A stretch of DNA of 64,000 nt. Source: Gemmatales bacterium. Lineage in GTDB: Bacteria; Planctomycetota; Planctomycetia; Gemmatales; HRBIN36. The number at the start of each line of letters is the position of its first letter. The first letter of the stretch is position 1. The notes below the pieces were generated by a model. The model had not been told where the DNA came from. It worked only from the letters and a program-made list of their open reading frames with translations, and ran no database searches. Shown here in pieces: positions 31,809 through 42,184 of this stretch. Location of the stretch: positions 117,611 through 181,610 of the forward strand of contig JBEPZY010000007.1 in the NCBI GenBank assembly GCA_041640595.1, written 5' to 3'. Made by a program: the position numbers and the translations under genes.

Positions 31809-32426
31809 CTAAACCTTTGCCGGTGTGCTAAGTTCCTTACGTCGGCGGCAATATTCGTTGGCTTTTTCCAGGGTCTCGACTTCCGGGGGCAGCTTGACGT
31901 AGCCGCTGCGCGTCGGGACAAGGTAGTCCAGGGGTTGACGCTTGGTGAGATCATGCATAGCCCGGATTTTATCTTGCACACGCATTAAGCCTTCCAACAG
32001 CGCTTCCGGTCGTGGCGGACAACCGGCAACATAAACATCCACCGGTACAACTAAATCCACGCCTTTGACGACGTTATAACCGTACTTATAGTACGGCCCG
32101 CCGCCGGAGGTACAGGCACCCATAGCAATAACAAACTTCGGTTCCGGCATCTGGTTATAAAGTCGGCGGACGCGGCTGGCCATTTTGAAATTGACGGTTC
32201 CCGCGACGATCATCAAATCAGCTTGCCGGGGCGTGGCGCGAAACGCTCCGGCGCCAAAGCGGTCAATATCGTAGCGGGACGCGCCGGTGGCCATCATTTC
32301 AATGGCACAGCAGGCCAGCCCGAAAGTCATCGGCCAGACGCTTGCCTGTCTCGCCCAGTTAATCGCCTGTTCCAGCGTGGTCACGACCACGCCGCCCTGG
32401 TCAAATTTTCCTTCCAGTAAGCCCAT
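31809..32426 (-). CDS. nuoB: NADH-quinone oxidoreductase subunit B
   Basis: [33 protein letters not shown]. Confidence 0.96.
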   Translation of the reverse strand: MGLLEGKFDQGGVVVTTLEQAINWARQASVWPMTFGLACCAIEMMATGASRYDIDRFGAGAFRATPRQADLMIVAGTVNFKMASRVRRLYNQMPEPKFVIAMGACTSGGGPYYKYGYNVVKGVDLVVPVDVYVAGCPPRPEALLEGLMRVQDKIRAMHDLTKRQPLDYLVPTRSGYVKLPPEVETLEKANEYCRRRKELSTPAKV

Positions 32427-32468
32427 AGCGATTCCCCTCACGCACGAGCGTGCATTGGGTTACGTATG

Positions 32469-33077
32469 CTAAGCGGAAAGCGAAGCGGCTTCGGTTTCCA
32501 GGATAGCCTTAGGCGGTGCGGCTTCGATTCGCAGAATCTGATTGCCCCGCGTTGTTCGTACCCATTCAATATCACCGCGTCGCCATAAATAAGCATAGCC
32601 GAGCAGGAGTACGCCAAAAAACACGGCGATATCTATGAACGCCAACCAACCCCATACGAGAGCTTGTTCCGGCGACACAAGACTACCCGCGCTATCTGGG
32701 TCTGTCGCCAACTTGGTTCGCATCTCGCCGGAATTAGCAAAAGTGTGCTCCGAAAAGAGTGTCGCTTCAATAGCGTGGCGGTGCTCTGGTGCAAGTGTAC
32801 TGTCCGCCAGGGCTACGTATTTACCGAAAACTACCGCCCAGGGGAAAAAGAAGGCTACTTCGACGTCGAAAATGACGAACAGCAAAGCTACCACGTAATA
32901 GCGAACGTCGAACTGAACCCAGGCCGTGCCGACACTGGGTTCACCGCACTCGTATGCGGTGAGTTTTTCCGGTTCCGGACGTTCCGGCCGAATCAGTTTG
33001 CCGATCAGTAAATTGACCAGCACGAAACCAGCGCCGACCACTGTAAAAATAAGCACGGCGGCAAGGATTATGCCCAT
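32469..33077 (-). CDS. nuoA: NADH-quinone oxidoreductase subunit A
   Basis: YECGE, YYVVALLFVIFDVEVAFFFPWA, YLWRRGDIEW. Confidence 0.93.
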   Translation of the reverse strand: MGIILAAVLIFTVVGAGFVLVNLLIGKLIRPERPEPEKLTAYECGEPSVGTAWVQFDVRYYVVALLFVIFDVEVAFFFPWAVVFGKYVALADSTLAPEHRHAIEATLFSEHTFANSGEMRTKLATDPDSAGSLVSPEQALVWGWLAFIDIAVFFGVLLLGYAYLWRRGDIEWVRTTRGNQILRIEAAPPKAILETEAASLSA

Positions 33078-33131
33078 GGCTATTGTCCCTCCAGCCCGGG
33101 ATCGTCCGAGCAGGCCAGACCTGCTCGCTGT

Positions 33132-33578
33132 TTAGCAGGATTTAGCGGGGCTTTGCGTATCGTTGGGTAGCTCTAGCTTTTGTCGGCCCGCAAAGCCGGC
33201 ATCCAGTTCATGCCAGTGTTGTACTTCCGGTTCTCCCAGTTTCCAGCAGAGGAATACTTCGCGTCCGTGCAGGATGGCTGGAAAATCTACCAGACCTTCC
33301 CAGCCCTTGAATTCCACGCCGAGCCGATGCAACTCTTCCAGGTATTCTTCCAGACGGCTCATGTCTTGCTGCAGTTCTTCGATCACGAGAGTTCGCTCTT
33401 CATCGTAGTAACGGCCGAAACCCGAACGGGCTTCGAGTTCGCCTAACCGTTGCTGGCGTTGTTGAATTTCTGCAGCCAACGAACAGATATCGCGCACGAT
33501 GACGCGGATCAGCGGCAGCATACGGTTGGCTTGTTCGACCGTGAAATGCCGGTCATATCGAAATGGCCGTCGCGGCAT
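33132..33578 (-). CDS. DUF2203 family protein
   Basis: FTVEQANRMLP, GLVDFP, LCWKLGEPEVQHWHELDAGFAGRQ. Confidence 0.88.
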   Translation of the reverse strand: MPRRPFRYDRHFTVEQANRMLPLIRVIVRDICSLAAEIQQRQQRLGELEARSGFGRYYDEERTLVIEELQQDMSRLEEYLEELHRLGVEFKGWEGLVDFPAILHGREVFLCWKLGEPEVQHWHELDAGFAGRQKLELPNDTQSPAKSC

Positions 33579-33620
33579 GGATGACGCGCCTATATGCTAG
33601 TGGGGCGAAGAAAAGTTTAT

Positions 33621-34211
33621 TCAGGATGAGCTAGCTGCTGCCTGGGGCTTAGCAGGCGGTTGATCTGGGGGCTTAACCCAAACCGGTTCCGTTCGCACCT
33701 TTGAAGCGGCTATGGCTGTCGGGTTAAGGGTTGCCTGTCCCCAGGCAACATCGAGCGGCAATTTGGCGAAATCTACCACCAGACCGTCTCGTGAATAACA
33801 GCTGATATCGTAATTCCATCCCATCCAGATGCAATCCACAGGACAGGGATCAACACACAAAGCGCAAAACATGCACTTGGAATAGTCAATTTTGAACCCG
33901 GTGACCAGGAAGCCTTTGCCTCTGGGATTGCGAGTTTTTTCGATGTAAATGCAATCCACCGGACAAGCGCGAGCGCACTTATCGCAACCGATGCAGGTGG
34001 TCAAATCGAAACGGTGAAAACCGCGGTAGCGCGGCTTTACGGGCACGGGCTTTTCCGGATATTCGAAAATGTGGGTGAAAGTTCCGTCAGCTTCGTAGGC
34101 TCCCAGCTTGCGGTTGCCACGAAGCGTGTCGAAGAAATACCGGAGGGTTACCAGCATTCCCTGGGCGACGGTCACCACGGCGACCAGCACATTGCGGAAC
34201 CATTCACGCAT
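33621..34211 (-). CDS. nuoI: NADH-quinone oxidoreductase subunit I
   Basis: YPE...RYRGFH and two 4Fe-4S motifs ([24 protein letters not shown]). Confidence 0.9.
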   Translation of the reverse strand: MREWFRNVLVAVVTVAQGMLVTLRYFFDTLRGNRKLGAYEADGTFTHIFEYPEKPVPVKPRYRGFHRFDLTTCIGCDKCARACPVDCIYIEKTRNPRGKGFLVTGFKIDYSKCMFCALCVDPCPVDCIWMGWNYDISCYSRDGLVVDFAKLPLDVAWGQATLNPTAIAASKVRTEPVWVKPPDQPPAKPQAAASSS

Positions 34212-34536
34212 AGCGTAGCTCCGGCGTTGGTTCGAGGATTGTTTTCCTATCGTTGGTGTCATTGTACGAATTGCTGGCTACCTCTGCCAGAGCCGATAGC
34301 CCTAGACAGTACCAGAACTCGCAACGTTTGGCGACAATTCACGCAAACCAGTGCCGGAAGATACACAAGACCCGGTGCTGGAGGACCTAGCAGCGCTCCA
34401 GCACCGGGCCCATGCAGGGATTGCACAATGACAGCTGCCGCTTGCAAGCCAGGGCGAGCCGCCAGCAGCGGTCAATCAATTCCGGCTCGCGCAATAAGCT
34501 TCCGAAGCGACCGCAAAGAAGCTGGCGCAGCTTGGA

Positions 34537-35004
34537 CTATGCCAGGGTGTAGGTACGGCTGGCAGGATCGCGCTTGACCTGGCCAAGTTCTACTAATTTG
34601 GTCAGGGTCTGGTTGACGATAACAGAAAAGCGCTGGCTGGTGGTCTTGTAGCCGGCATCGAGGACTGCCTGCTGAATGTCTTTCGGACGCATCGGTTTGC
34701 CGGCTTCGCGGAGCACCTTCAAGATGTATTCCCGCAAAGAGCCGGCTTCGGCTGGAGCACGACCGCGACGCTTAGCCGGGGCAGCAGGCGCTACTGCTTT
34801 CGGTGCCCGACGCATACCATCACCGGCTTGAACCGCTTTCAGTTCCTGGCGAATTTCTTCCGTGGCCTTTTCCTGGATGGAACCCAGCTGCTCCAAGGTT
34901 TGTTCGATTTGGGCCTGCAAGGAGCGTAATTGCTCCAGACGCTTGTTTAACAGTTTCTGAATCTCTGAGATGCTAAGTTGACTGATCGCGGGACCTCTAG
35001 GCAT
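34537..35004 (-). CDS. Small basic protein: coiled coil, basic linker and putative C-terminal winged helix
   Basis: AAGGAGGT RBS; heptad-rich N-terminus; KRRGRAP; LREYILKVLREAGKPMRPKDIQQAVLDAGY...RTYTL. Confidence 0.8.
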   Translation of the reverse strand: MPRGPAISQLSISEIQKLLNKRLEQLRSLQAQIEQTLEQLGSIQEKATEEIRQELKAVQAGDGMRRAPKAVAPAAPAKRRGRAPAEAGSLREYILKVLREAGKPMRPKDIQQAVLDAGYKTTSQRFSVIVNQTLTKLVELGQVKRDPASRTYTLA

Positions 35005-35290
35005 GGGATTTACCTCCTTCTTTGTAAGTCCCAGGATAGCGTTACCATAAGCTCCCCGTGAGCTTATCTGAACTTATATCTAAGTAAGAAACGGTCAGGT
35101 GGCAAGTGTCTAAACTAAAATTTTCGGTTTTTCCCAAGCGAACGAACCTGATTCAAGCATCAATTTCAGGAAAGCCGATGATTAGAGAGACTTTACTTGG
35201 CCCTTAGGTTTTGCCCGGTTTAGAGGGGCACAAGGCTGCTCGAAGCAGTGAACAAGCTAAATTTTGCTCTGGTGAACCGGGAGAGACGGA

Positions 35291-36739
35291 ATGACGCAGG
35301 TGCAAGTGGTCGAACGTGTTTCGGCGTTACGCAAACGGCTGGAAGAGATTGCTCCGAGTCATCCGCAACCCCTAAGCGAACTTTATCCTCAGCTAAAACA
35401 ACTTCAGGAGCTTTCTCGCCAGGCCCAGGTCTTGCAGACGCATTTGGGCAAAGTGCAAGACCGGCTCGATACGCTGGCTCCTAATGTTTCCTCCCTGGTT
35501 CATACTGGGCACCACCTGGCGGGCCCCCGGCAACTGTCGTGGCAAACCCGGCGATTATTGCTCGAATGTCGGGAGTGCCTGCAAACGCTTAGGAACATGG
35601 GTGAGGATTTGTCTGAAGAAGTCCTGGATAATCAGCGCTGGCTAGCCGCTTACCAGTTGACCGTTCACATGACCGAATGTTTATTGCGTGGCTTACAGGC
35701 TTTACCGGAAAGTGCTTTGGACCAAAACCGTCTGGCTCAGGGACTGGCAGGATGGCTAAACTGGCTGAGGGCGCAGGTGAACGCATTGGTTTCGCTCCGC
35801 GAGCGGCATAAACGCTTAGCCGAGCACATTTACGCCTTAGGCCACGCTATAGCGAACTTATCCCAGGGCCGACCGGTGTTGCAACGTCCCTTACTGGCGA
35901 TCGCAGAGGAGCTATTGCAAAGCGATCTGGCTAACCAACCGCTCGAGCTGCTGACACCTGTGCTGCCCCAGGAGCGATGGGCAGCAATACACGGCTGGAA
36001 TACCGCCCAGGTCGTGGCCCGAATAGTGAACCGGCATCCGGAATGCCGTAGTCGTGCTTTGTTTGCAGTGGTGGCAGCGCTTCTGCATGATTGTGGTATG
36101 GCCAGTCTATCGGCCAACATTTTTGAACAGGCATCGCCGCTTAGCGACGATCAGCGGCGTGAGGTGGAGGCTCATGTAGGAGTTAGTGCGGAAGCAATGC
36201 GCTTGCTGTGGCCTGATGAAACCTGGTTGGTAGAGGGTGTGCGAGCCCACCACGAACGTTTAGACGGGAGCGGTTATCCCTTTGGGGCGCAGGGTAAAGC
36301 AATAAACAGCCTGGCGCGCCTGCTGGCTGTAGCGGATACCTATGCCGCACTTTGTACTCGGCGCGCTTATCGTCCGGCCTATTCGCCACGTCAGGCTCTT
36401 ATGGAAGTACTGGCCGAATCCGAGCAAGGACGATTAGACGTAACCGCCGCCGAATTGTTGCTGGAATTGTCGCTCTACCCGATCGGTTCCATCGTGGAAT
36501 TGTCTGACGGCAGCATTGGCCAGGTGATTGCCCTCAATCAAGTTGCTTCCGATCAGCGATTAGCCACGCCTATCGTCGCCGTGCTTTTGGACGGTGAAGG
36601 TAAACCGCTGGGAATGCCGCGATACATCAACCTGGCGTCTAAGTCGGGCCCGCATCTGGTTCGGAACATACCCGTTGAAGAGTTACTGGAAATGCAACCC
36701 GGCGGATTCTGGGTGCAAATTTTGCCCGTTGTTGGATAA
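35291..36739 (+). CDS. HD-GYP domain protein (putative cyclic-dinucleotide phosphodiesterase)
   Basis: LLHDCGM, HHERLDGSGYPFG, VADTY, RAYRPA, YPIGSIVELSDG; helical N-terminus. Confidence 0.9.
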   Translation: MTQVQVVERVSALRKRLEEIAPSHPQPLSELYPQLKQLQELSRQAQVLQTHLGKVQDRLDTLAPNVSSLVHTGHHLAGPRQLSWQTRRLLLECRECLQTLRNMGEDLSEEVLDNQRWLAAYQLTVHMTECLLRGLQALPESALDQNRLAQGLAGWLNWLRAQVNALVSLRERHKRLAEHIYALGHAIANLSQGRPVLQRPLLAIAEELLQSDLANQPLELLTPVLPQERWAAIHGWNTAQVVARIVNRHPECRSRALFAVVAALLHDCGMASLSANIFEQASPLSDDQRREVEAHVGVSAEAMRLLWPDETWLVEGVRAHHERLDGSGYPFGAQGKAINSLARLLAVADTYAALCTRRAYRPAYSPRQALMEVLAESEQGRLDVTAAELLLELSLYPIGSIVELSDGSIGQVIALNQVASDQRLATPIVAVLLDGEGKPLGMPRYINLASKSGPHLVRNIPVEELLEMQPGGFWVQILPVVG

Positions 36740-37465
36740 GTGGTGCCCGTTATGTTTTTCGATCGCAGTTATTTTGCAGCCACATGTCATCCCTGGGTGT
36801 CGGGCCTGTATATAGTGGCGATGTTGTTATGCTATGAGATTGGCGTGTGGTATTGCCAGCAAGGGGACGATCTCGCCTGGCGGACTGGAATAGATGCGGG
36901 CTGGCGTTATCACATTCGACAAACGCCTTGGTACTGGCTCGAATGGGCACCAGCGGGATGTGTCATTCTTAGCCTGGGCGTCTGGTCGTTGTGGCGGTGG
37001 AAGGATAAACCGAGCGAGCCTGTGGCTACCCTCGCCGGAATGGTGCTGGAAAGTTTTGTCCTGGCGTTGCCGTTATTAGCACTGGCTCGGGCAGTAGCGC
37101 TGTGGGGTAATACAACTCTCCCTGGTACGGCACTAACTTCGCAGCGCGGGGCTAGCATCCTGGCCAGTCTGGGTGCCGGCGTTTACGAAGAAATCGTATT
37201 TCGGCTGATCCTGATTCCGGTTCTGCTTGCAATTGGCCGACTACTTGACCTCGGTCGGATATGGCGGCTTCTTCTGGCAGTAGTCCTGTCCGGAGTGTTT
37301 TTCGCAGCGGCACATCACATTCCGCCATTTCAGGAACCTTTCCGTCGGGAACTCTTTGTTTTTCGGGTCCTGGCAGGAACTTATTTCGGCCTGGTTTATC
37401 GCTTTCGAGGTATTGGGATCGCGGCGGGTACCCATGCTTGCTACGACTTACTGGCTACGGGATAA
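36740..37465 (+). CDS. CPBP (Abi/CAAX) family intramembrane metalloprotease
   Basis: GAGVYEEIVFR, FAAAHH, GTHACYD. Start uncertain. Confidence 0.85.
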   Translation: MVPVMFFDRSYFAATCHPWVSGLYIVAMLLCYEIGVWYCQQGDDLAWRTGIDAGWRYHIRQTPWYWLEWAPAGCVILSLGVWSLWRWKDKPSEPVATLAGMVLESFVLALPLLALARAVALWGNTTLPGTALTSQRGASILASLGAGVYEEIVFRLILIPVLLAIGRLLDLGRIWRLLLAVVLSGVFFAAAHHIPPFQEPFRRELFVFRVLAGTYFGLVYRFRGIGIAAGTHACYDLLATG

Positions 37466-37531
37466 ATGCAAACGGTAACACCGTGCTGGTTTGTTACCCA
37501 AGCCGCAGCACAGCTGAGACCAGGTGCCGGG

Positions 37532-39247
37532 CTAAACACGGCGTTGTAAGCGCTTGCCTAGCCGTCGTAAGGCCGGGCTTACATCTCCTGGAGGGATATG
37601 GACATTCAGCAAGCTAAAGGTGTCGCGATTCTTCAACGCGGCGTGCATGGCTTTTTCCAGATCGGTTTCGGTTCGAACTTCGAAACCCCAACCAGAGCCC
37701 AGAATATCAGGCAGGCGATGATAATTCCAGTTGAGAATGTCGTTAAACTTGCCTTCCATAATGAATCGCTCCGTCTGGTAACCGCCATTGTTGATGACGA
37801 TCACGATTGGATTGAAACCGAGTCGAACCGCGGTGCTAAGTTCCATGCCGGTCATCTGGAAGGCACCATCGCCTACCAGCACTAATGGTCGCAGCTTGCG
37901 ATCAGCGCATTGCACACCGATGGCTGCCGGTACCGAAAAGCCCATACTCGTGTAATAGGCGGGACTAATAAACTCGGTTTTCTGATGGATGGCTAAATCA
38001 GAGGCCCCGAACAGGGAATCGCCGATATCGGCCACGACCACCATATTGTCATCAAGAATGGAATTGATTTTCTGGAAAAGTCGGCGAATGGTGATAGGCG
38101 TATCGGGTTTGGCTTCCCAGGGTGCGTATATAGGATCTCGGGCTTCGGGCAGGGGGCGATCGTATTGAGGCAGGTTCTGTTCATATAGAGCCCGAAGGAA
38201 ATCTTCCAGCAGAATGCCCTGGTAATGGTGGTAACGAATTCGCACCGACTCCGCGGTGGCGAGGATAATGCGGCTCTCGTCAAACTTTTGCGTATAAATG
38301 CCCATCTCCATATCGGTCAGGTAAGTGCCCAGGGCCAGCAGACAGTCGGATTCCTCTACAAACTTAGTGACCTCAGGACGGCCCAATGCCGCCTCGTACA
38401 CGCCAACATAAAGGGGATGGCTTTCCTTGATGGCCGACTTTCCTAACAGTGTCGAGGTGATGGGAATGTGGGCTTTCTCAGCCAGTTGGACCACTAAATC
38501 CTGCAAACCAAAGCGGTGTACCTCAACGCCAGCCAGGATAATTGGCCGGGTGCTTTGCTGAAGCATCGCCAGGGCTTCCGAGACCGCTTCCTGCAGGGCA
38601 TTCGGATCGCTGCGAGGCTTTTCCAGGAAGGGACAGTGCTGGTAGAGAGGCCGGGTTTCGATAATGTCGCGGGGCAGCTCGATATAGACCGGCCGCTTGT
38701 AGCGGATACATGCGAATAACACCCGATCAATTTCTCGAAACGCGGTCAGTGGGTCTTCGAGAGCGGCACTGGCCACAGTGAGATGGCGGAACACTTCACG
38801 CTGGGTCTCGAAACTGCGAACGACGTGGTGCAAATACTGGTGGGGACCGCGCTCCCGCAGACCCGGCGCTCCGCTGATAACGACCACCGGGGATTCTTCT
38901 GCATAGGCACAGGCCACAGCATTGACAATGCTGAATCCTCCCACGCCATAAGTGACGCAGGCGACACCGATCCCCTTGATGCGGGCATAAGCATCTGCCG
39001 CGTAACCCGCCGATAGCTCGGTCGTCGTGCCCACCAGTTCCAGCGGACTGTTTTCCAACAGCTTGTAAAAACCGAGCACATAATCGCCCGGAATCCCGAA
39101 AACATGCCGGGCACCCAAATCATAAAGGCGACGAATCAGGTACTGCCCTAACGGCAACGAGACGGTATCTCGGACGCTTACAGCACCAGCAGTTCGGGAA
39201 CGATGCGGAACCTTTTTGGCCACGGGCGTAACTTTTTTGTTCGGCAT
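37532..39247 (-). CDS. Thiamine-diphosphate-dependent alpha-keto acid decarboxylase (pyruvate/indolepyruvate decarboxylase family)
   Basis: FGIPGDY, AGYAADAYAR, LHH, TPP motif GDGAFQMTG...NN. Confidence 0.92.
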   Translation of the reverse strand: MPNKKVTPVAKKVPHRSRTAGAVSVRDTVSLPLGQYLIRRLYDLGARHVFGIPGDYVLGFYKLLENSPLELVGTTTELSAGYAADAYARIKGIGVACVTYGVGGFSIVNAVACAYAEESPVVVISGAPGLRERGPHQYLHHVVRSFETQREVFRHLTVASAALEDPLTAFREIDRVLFACIRYKRPVYIELPRDIIETRPLYQHCPFLEKPRSDPNALQEAVSEALAMLQQSTRPIILAGVEVHRFGLQDLVVQLAEKAHIPITSTLLGKSAIKESHPLYVGVYEAALGRPEVTKFVEESDCLLALGTYLTDMEMGIYTQKFDESRIILATAESVRIRYHHYQGILLEDFLRALYEQNLPQYDRPLPEARDPIYAPWEAKPDTPITIRRLFQKINSILDDNMVVVADIGDSLFGASDLAIHQKTEFISPAYYTSMGFSVPAAIGVQCADRKLRPLVLVGDGAFQMTGMELSTAVRLGFNPIVIVINNGGYQTERFIMEGKFNDILNWNYHRLPDILGSGWGFEVRTETDLEKAMHAALKNRDTFSLLNVHIPPGDVSPALRRLGKRLQRRV

Positions 39248-39447
39248 GATGGTTCTCCTCAAGCAGATGACGCTTGCCGTTTTTGCCTTCCATTGAAACA
39301 ATAAGGCGAGCTTATGCTTCCGACAAGGCGCTATACCGGGTTTCGGAGACGAATGGCGTAACATAGGTTACAAACCAGGTTTTCGCTAATGTTCGGACGG
39401 GGTTGGAACTGCCCAACTGAGTCAGGCAAGACCGACCGGGAGTTGGT

Positions 39448-40443
39448 TTATCGGCTCCTGGAACTCGCAAAGCCCCGAGGATGCGTCCGATGCCAGCGCC
39501 AGGCCGTCTCAACGATGCTGCGCAGGTCAGTATAACGAGGTTGCCAGCCTAATAGCTGGCGAGCTCGGCTGCTATCGGCAACTAAGTGTGGGGGATCTCC
39601 CGGTCGCCGGGGACTTTCACGCACCGCGATCGGTTTACCCGTAACTTCCTTGCACGCGGCGATGACTTGGCGGACACTGTATCCCCGACCGATTCCCAGA
39701 TTGCAAACGATTCCTTCACCAACGCGGATTCGTTCCAGAGCACGCACATGGGCATCGGCCAGGTCGTCCACATGCACATAATCGCGAATGCAGGTACCGT
39801 CCGGGGTATCATAGTCGGTGCCAAAAATTTCGACGAAGGGCCTGAGGCCCAGCGCGGTTTGTAATACCAGAGGAATTAGATGGGTCTCCGGCTCGTGATC
39901 TTCTCCAATGCTTGCGTCTGGATGTGCCCCAGCCGCATTGAAATAACGCAGACTCGCATAGCCGAGTTTGCCAACCCGGCAAAGGTCAGCCAGGGCCCAC
40001 TCGAAAGCCAGCTTGCTTCGTCCGTACGGGTTGACTGGAAGGGTCGGTGAGTCTTCAGGAATCGGGATGGTGGTCGGCACCCCGTACACTGCGCAGGTGC
40101 TTGAGAAAACTATCTTCGGAACATCTGCCTGTAGCATCGCTTGCAGGAGTGCCAGTCCACCGCGTAGGTTGTTTTCGTAGTAAAGTTGTGGTTGCTGCAT
40201 GGATTCGCCGACCAGGGCAAAGGCAGCGAAGTGCAATACCGCTTCAATCCGTTTTTCTCGTAACACCCGTGTGAGGTGGTCAACGTCGCGAATGTCGCCG
40301 GGAATTAGAACGTCCTCGGGCACCGCCTCTCGATGACCGCGCGAGAGATTGTCCAGCACCCAAACCTGGTGTCCGGCTTCGAGCAAAGCTCGCACCGTGT
40401 GGCTACCAACATAACCTGCCCCACCGGTCACCAGAATACGCAT
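39448..40443 (-). CDS. galE: UDP-glucose 4-epimerase
   Basis: TGGAGYVGSH, HFAAFALVGES, YGRSK, LRYFNAAGA, DGTCIRDYVHV. Confidence 0.95.
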   Translation of the reverse strand: MRILVTGGAGYVGSHTVRALLEAGHQVWVLDNLSRGHREAVPEDVLIPGDIRDVDHLTRVLREKRIEAVLHFAAFALVGESMQQPQLYYENNLRGGLALLQAMLQADVPKIVFSSTCAVYGVPTTIPIPEDSPTLPVNPYGRSKLAFEWALADLCRVGKLGYASLRYFNAAGAHPDASIGEDHEPETHLIPLVLQTALGLRPFVEIFGTDYDTPDGTCIRDYVHVDDLADAHVRALERIRVGEGIVCNLGIGRGYSVRQVIAACKEVTGKPIAVRESPRRPGDPPHLVADSSRARQLLGWQPRYTDLRSIVETAWRWHRTHPRGFASSRSR

Positions 40444-40461
40444 GGATTCTCCCCAATTACG

Positions 40462-41931
40462 TTATGAATGCTCAGGAATAGAACTGCTGGAGCATTCTGG
40501 TGGATTGGCTCGTTCAAGAACCAATGGCTTATCAATCGCAGCGAGATTTTCGACCTGGCCTCGAAGGTCTCCTGCATCCAGTGCAACGAGCGGACTTATT
40601 TCAATGGGCACGCGAACCTGACCTTGCGGTGTTCGGGGTACGGCTACACCGGCTTGCTCCAGCCAGCTGGCGTAGAGTTCGCTCAGGGCTGCGCGAACCG
40701 TCTCCGGAGAGTTTTCTCCGCTGGCATTTTTAAGCGGCTCAAACTCCTCACGACGGCTCGTTTCCACAATCAAAACACGTCTGGCCAGAGGCAAAACATC
40801 GAAGATAAACTGCTCCCACTTGACGGCGTTGGGCTCCTCTGGTTCGACAAGCTCGCCGGTATCCGAGAGGAACGGAACTTTCTTGATCGCGCCATGATAC
40901 GGTAAGACCGTCTTTTGCTCGATCAACCGCTGCAAAAAAGCCACACTAAACACATGGATGGCCGTATTGCCTGCGTCCAGCCAGAAGGAGCCGGTTGCAT
41001 CTCGTTTGCTTTGGTACTCGAGCGGGATCTCCGTGTATTCGACCAGATGATACCGGCCGCGGTACCGAATCACCTGGCCGAGTTTTTCCTGGGCGTGCCG
41101 GCGCCGCACTACTTTCACAGAAACGTCGGCATTGGCACGGATGTGCTGACCCAGAAACGGGGGGTCCGCGATTTTTACCAGTGGATTGTCCACTTGAAAG
41201 TAGAACAACCACCTGACGCCACGCTGCTGTATCTCTTCGAGGACACTGGCATCCCGCAGGGCAGCCAGGAATCCGCCATGTCCGTTTGGCCCCAGCGCCA
41301 AATGAAACTTGCTCCGCATCAGCAATCGGCCCGTATTTTTGTCGAGAGCTGGCAGGGTGCCCTGGCTGAAAAAGACCACCTGTTCCGGTGGAAGACCGAA
41401 ATAGCGATGCTCGGCAAACCAGCTGCGTGTAGCGGCATCGTTATCGGGACTGGTCATGATGTAAAATCGCAGTGGCACCTCGTAACGCTGGGACAAAGCA
41501 AGCACTTTTTCGGCGTGCACCTGGAATAAACTGCGATTGCTCACCGGGCCGATCGGGTACGTGCCTTTGGGGCCAGGATGACCCAGCCGGCTGCCATGAC
41601 CGCCAGCCACCAGGCAAATGGCCACCTCACCCTGCCGCAAGGCCCGTTCACCGATGGCGCTGGCTTGTTGTTCTTCTTCCCAGGCAGCAAAAGTTGTCGC
41701 CGGGCGTAACACTTCGGGAGGTTCGACCTCATTCCAGTCAAACGGGGCTGGCGTAGGCGTGGTTTGCCATTCGAGGAACAAACGCTGAAGTTCCGCCAGG
41801 TCAATACTCTCGATTTCTGCCGCGAGTTCTGTGCGCTCCTGTTCCGTTAACTCCGGCCACCAGCGCAGGACATGCTCCTGTCCAAACGGAGCAAGTTTTG
41901 CTCGCAATCGTTCGTAAAGCAGGTCGGCCAT
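40462..41931 (-). CDS. UDPGP-family nucleotidyltransferase (eukaryote-type UDP-N-acetylglucosamine pyrophosphorylase-like)
   Basis: AGGHGSRLG..PKG, PNGHGG, QVDNPL, VEYTE, KWEQFIFD, EFEPLKNA. Confidence 0.9.
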   Translation of the reverse strand: MADLLYERLRAKLAPFGQEHVLRWWPELTEQERTELAAEIESIDLAELQRLFLEWQTTPTPAPFDWNEVEPPEVLRPATTFAAWEEEQQASAIGERALRQGEVAICLVAGGHGSRLGHPGPKGTYPIGPVSNRSLFQVHAEKVLALSQRYEVPLRFYIMTSPDNDAATRSWFAEHRYFGLPPEQVVFFSQGTLPALDKNTGRLLMRSKFHLALGPNGHGGFLAALRDASVLEEIQQRGVRWLFYFQVDNPLVKIADPPFLGQHIRANADVSVKVVRRRHAQEKLGQVIRYRGRYHLVEYTEIPLEYQSKRDATGSFWLDAGNTAIHVFSVAFLQRLIEQKTVLPYHGAIKKVPFLSDTGELVEPEEPNAVKWEQFIFDVLPLARRVLIVETSRREEFEPLKNASGENSPETVRAALSELYASWLEQAGVAVPRTPQGQVRVPIEISPLVALDAGDLRGQVENLAAIDKPLVLERANPPECSSSSIPEHS

Positions 41932-42184
41932 GGCTTGCGTCCCGGTTGCGTTGGCCCGACATTTCGCTAATTGCACGGGCGTTCTACGGGCGCAGTCCGA
42001 ATATCCCCTGGGGAATCTATCAAGTCTAGTGCATTTTTCGGCGCGAATATAGCCAACAAGGTTGTGTTCGCATGCTTCGAACGTTCGCACCTCAGCAATC
42101 CGAGGACTTTACCGGGAGACCGAGGCGGCGGACAAAAAGTGGTGCGGAGTCTTTGCTCGGCAACGGAATAGTAGCCTGTTTGTT

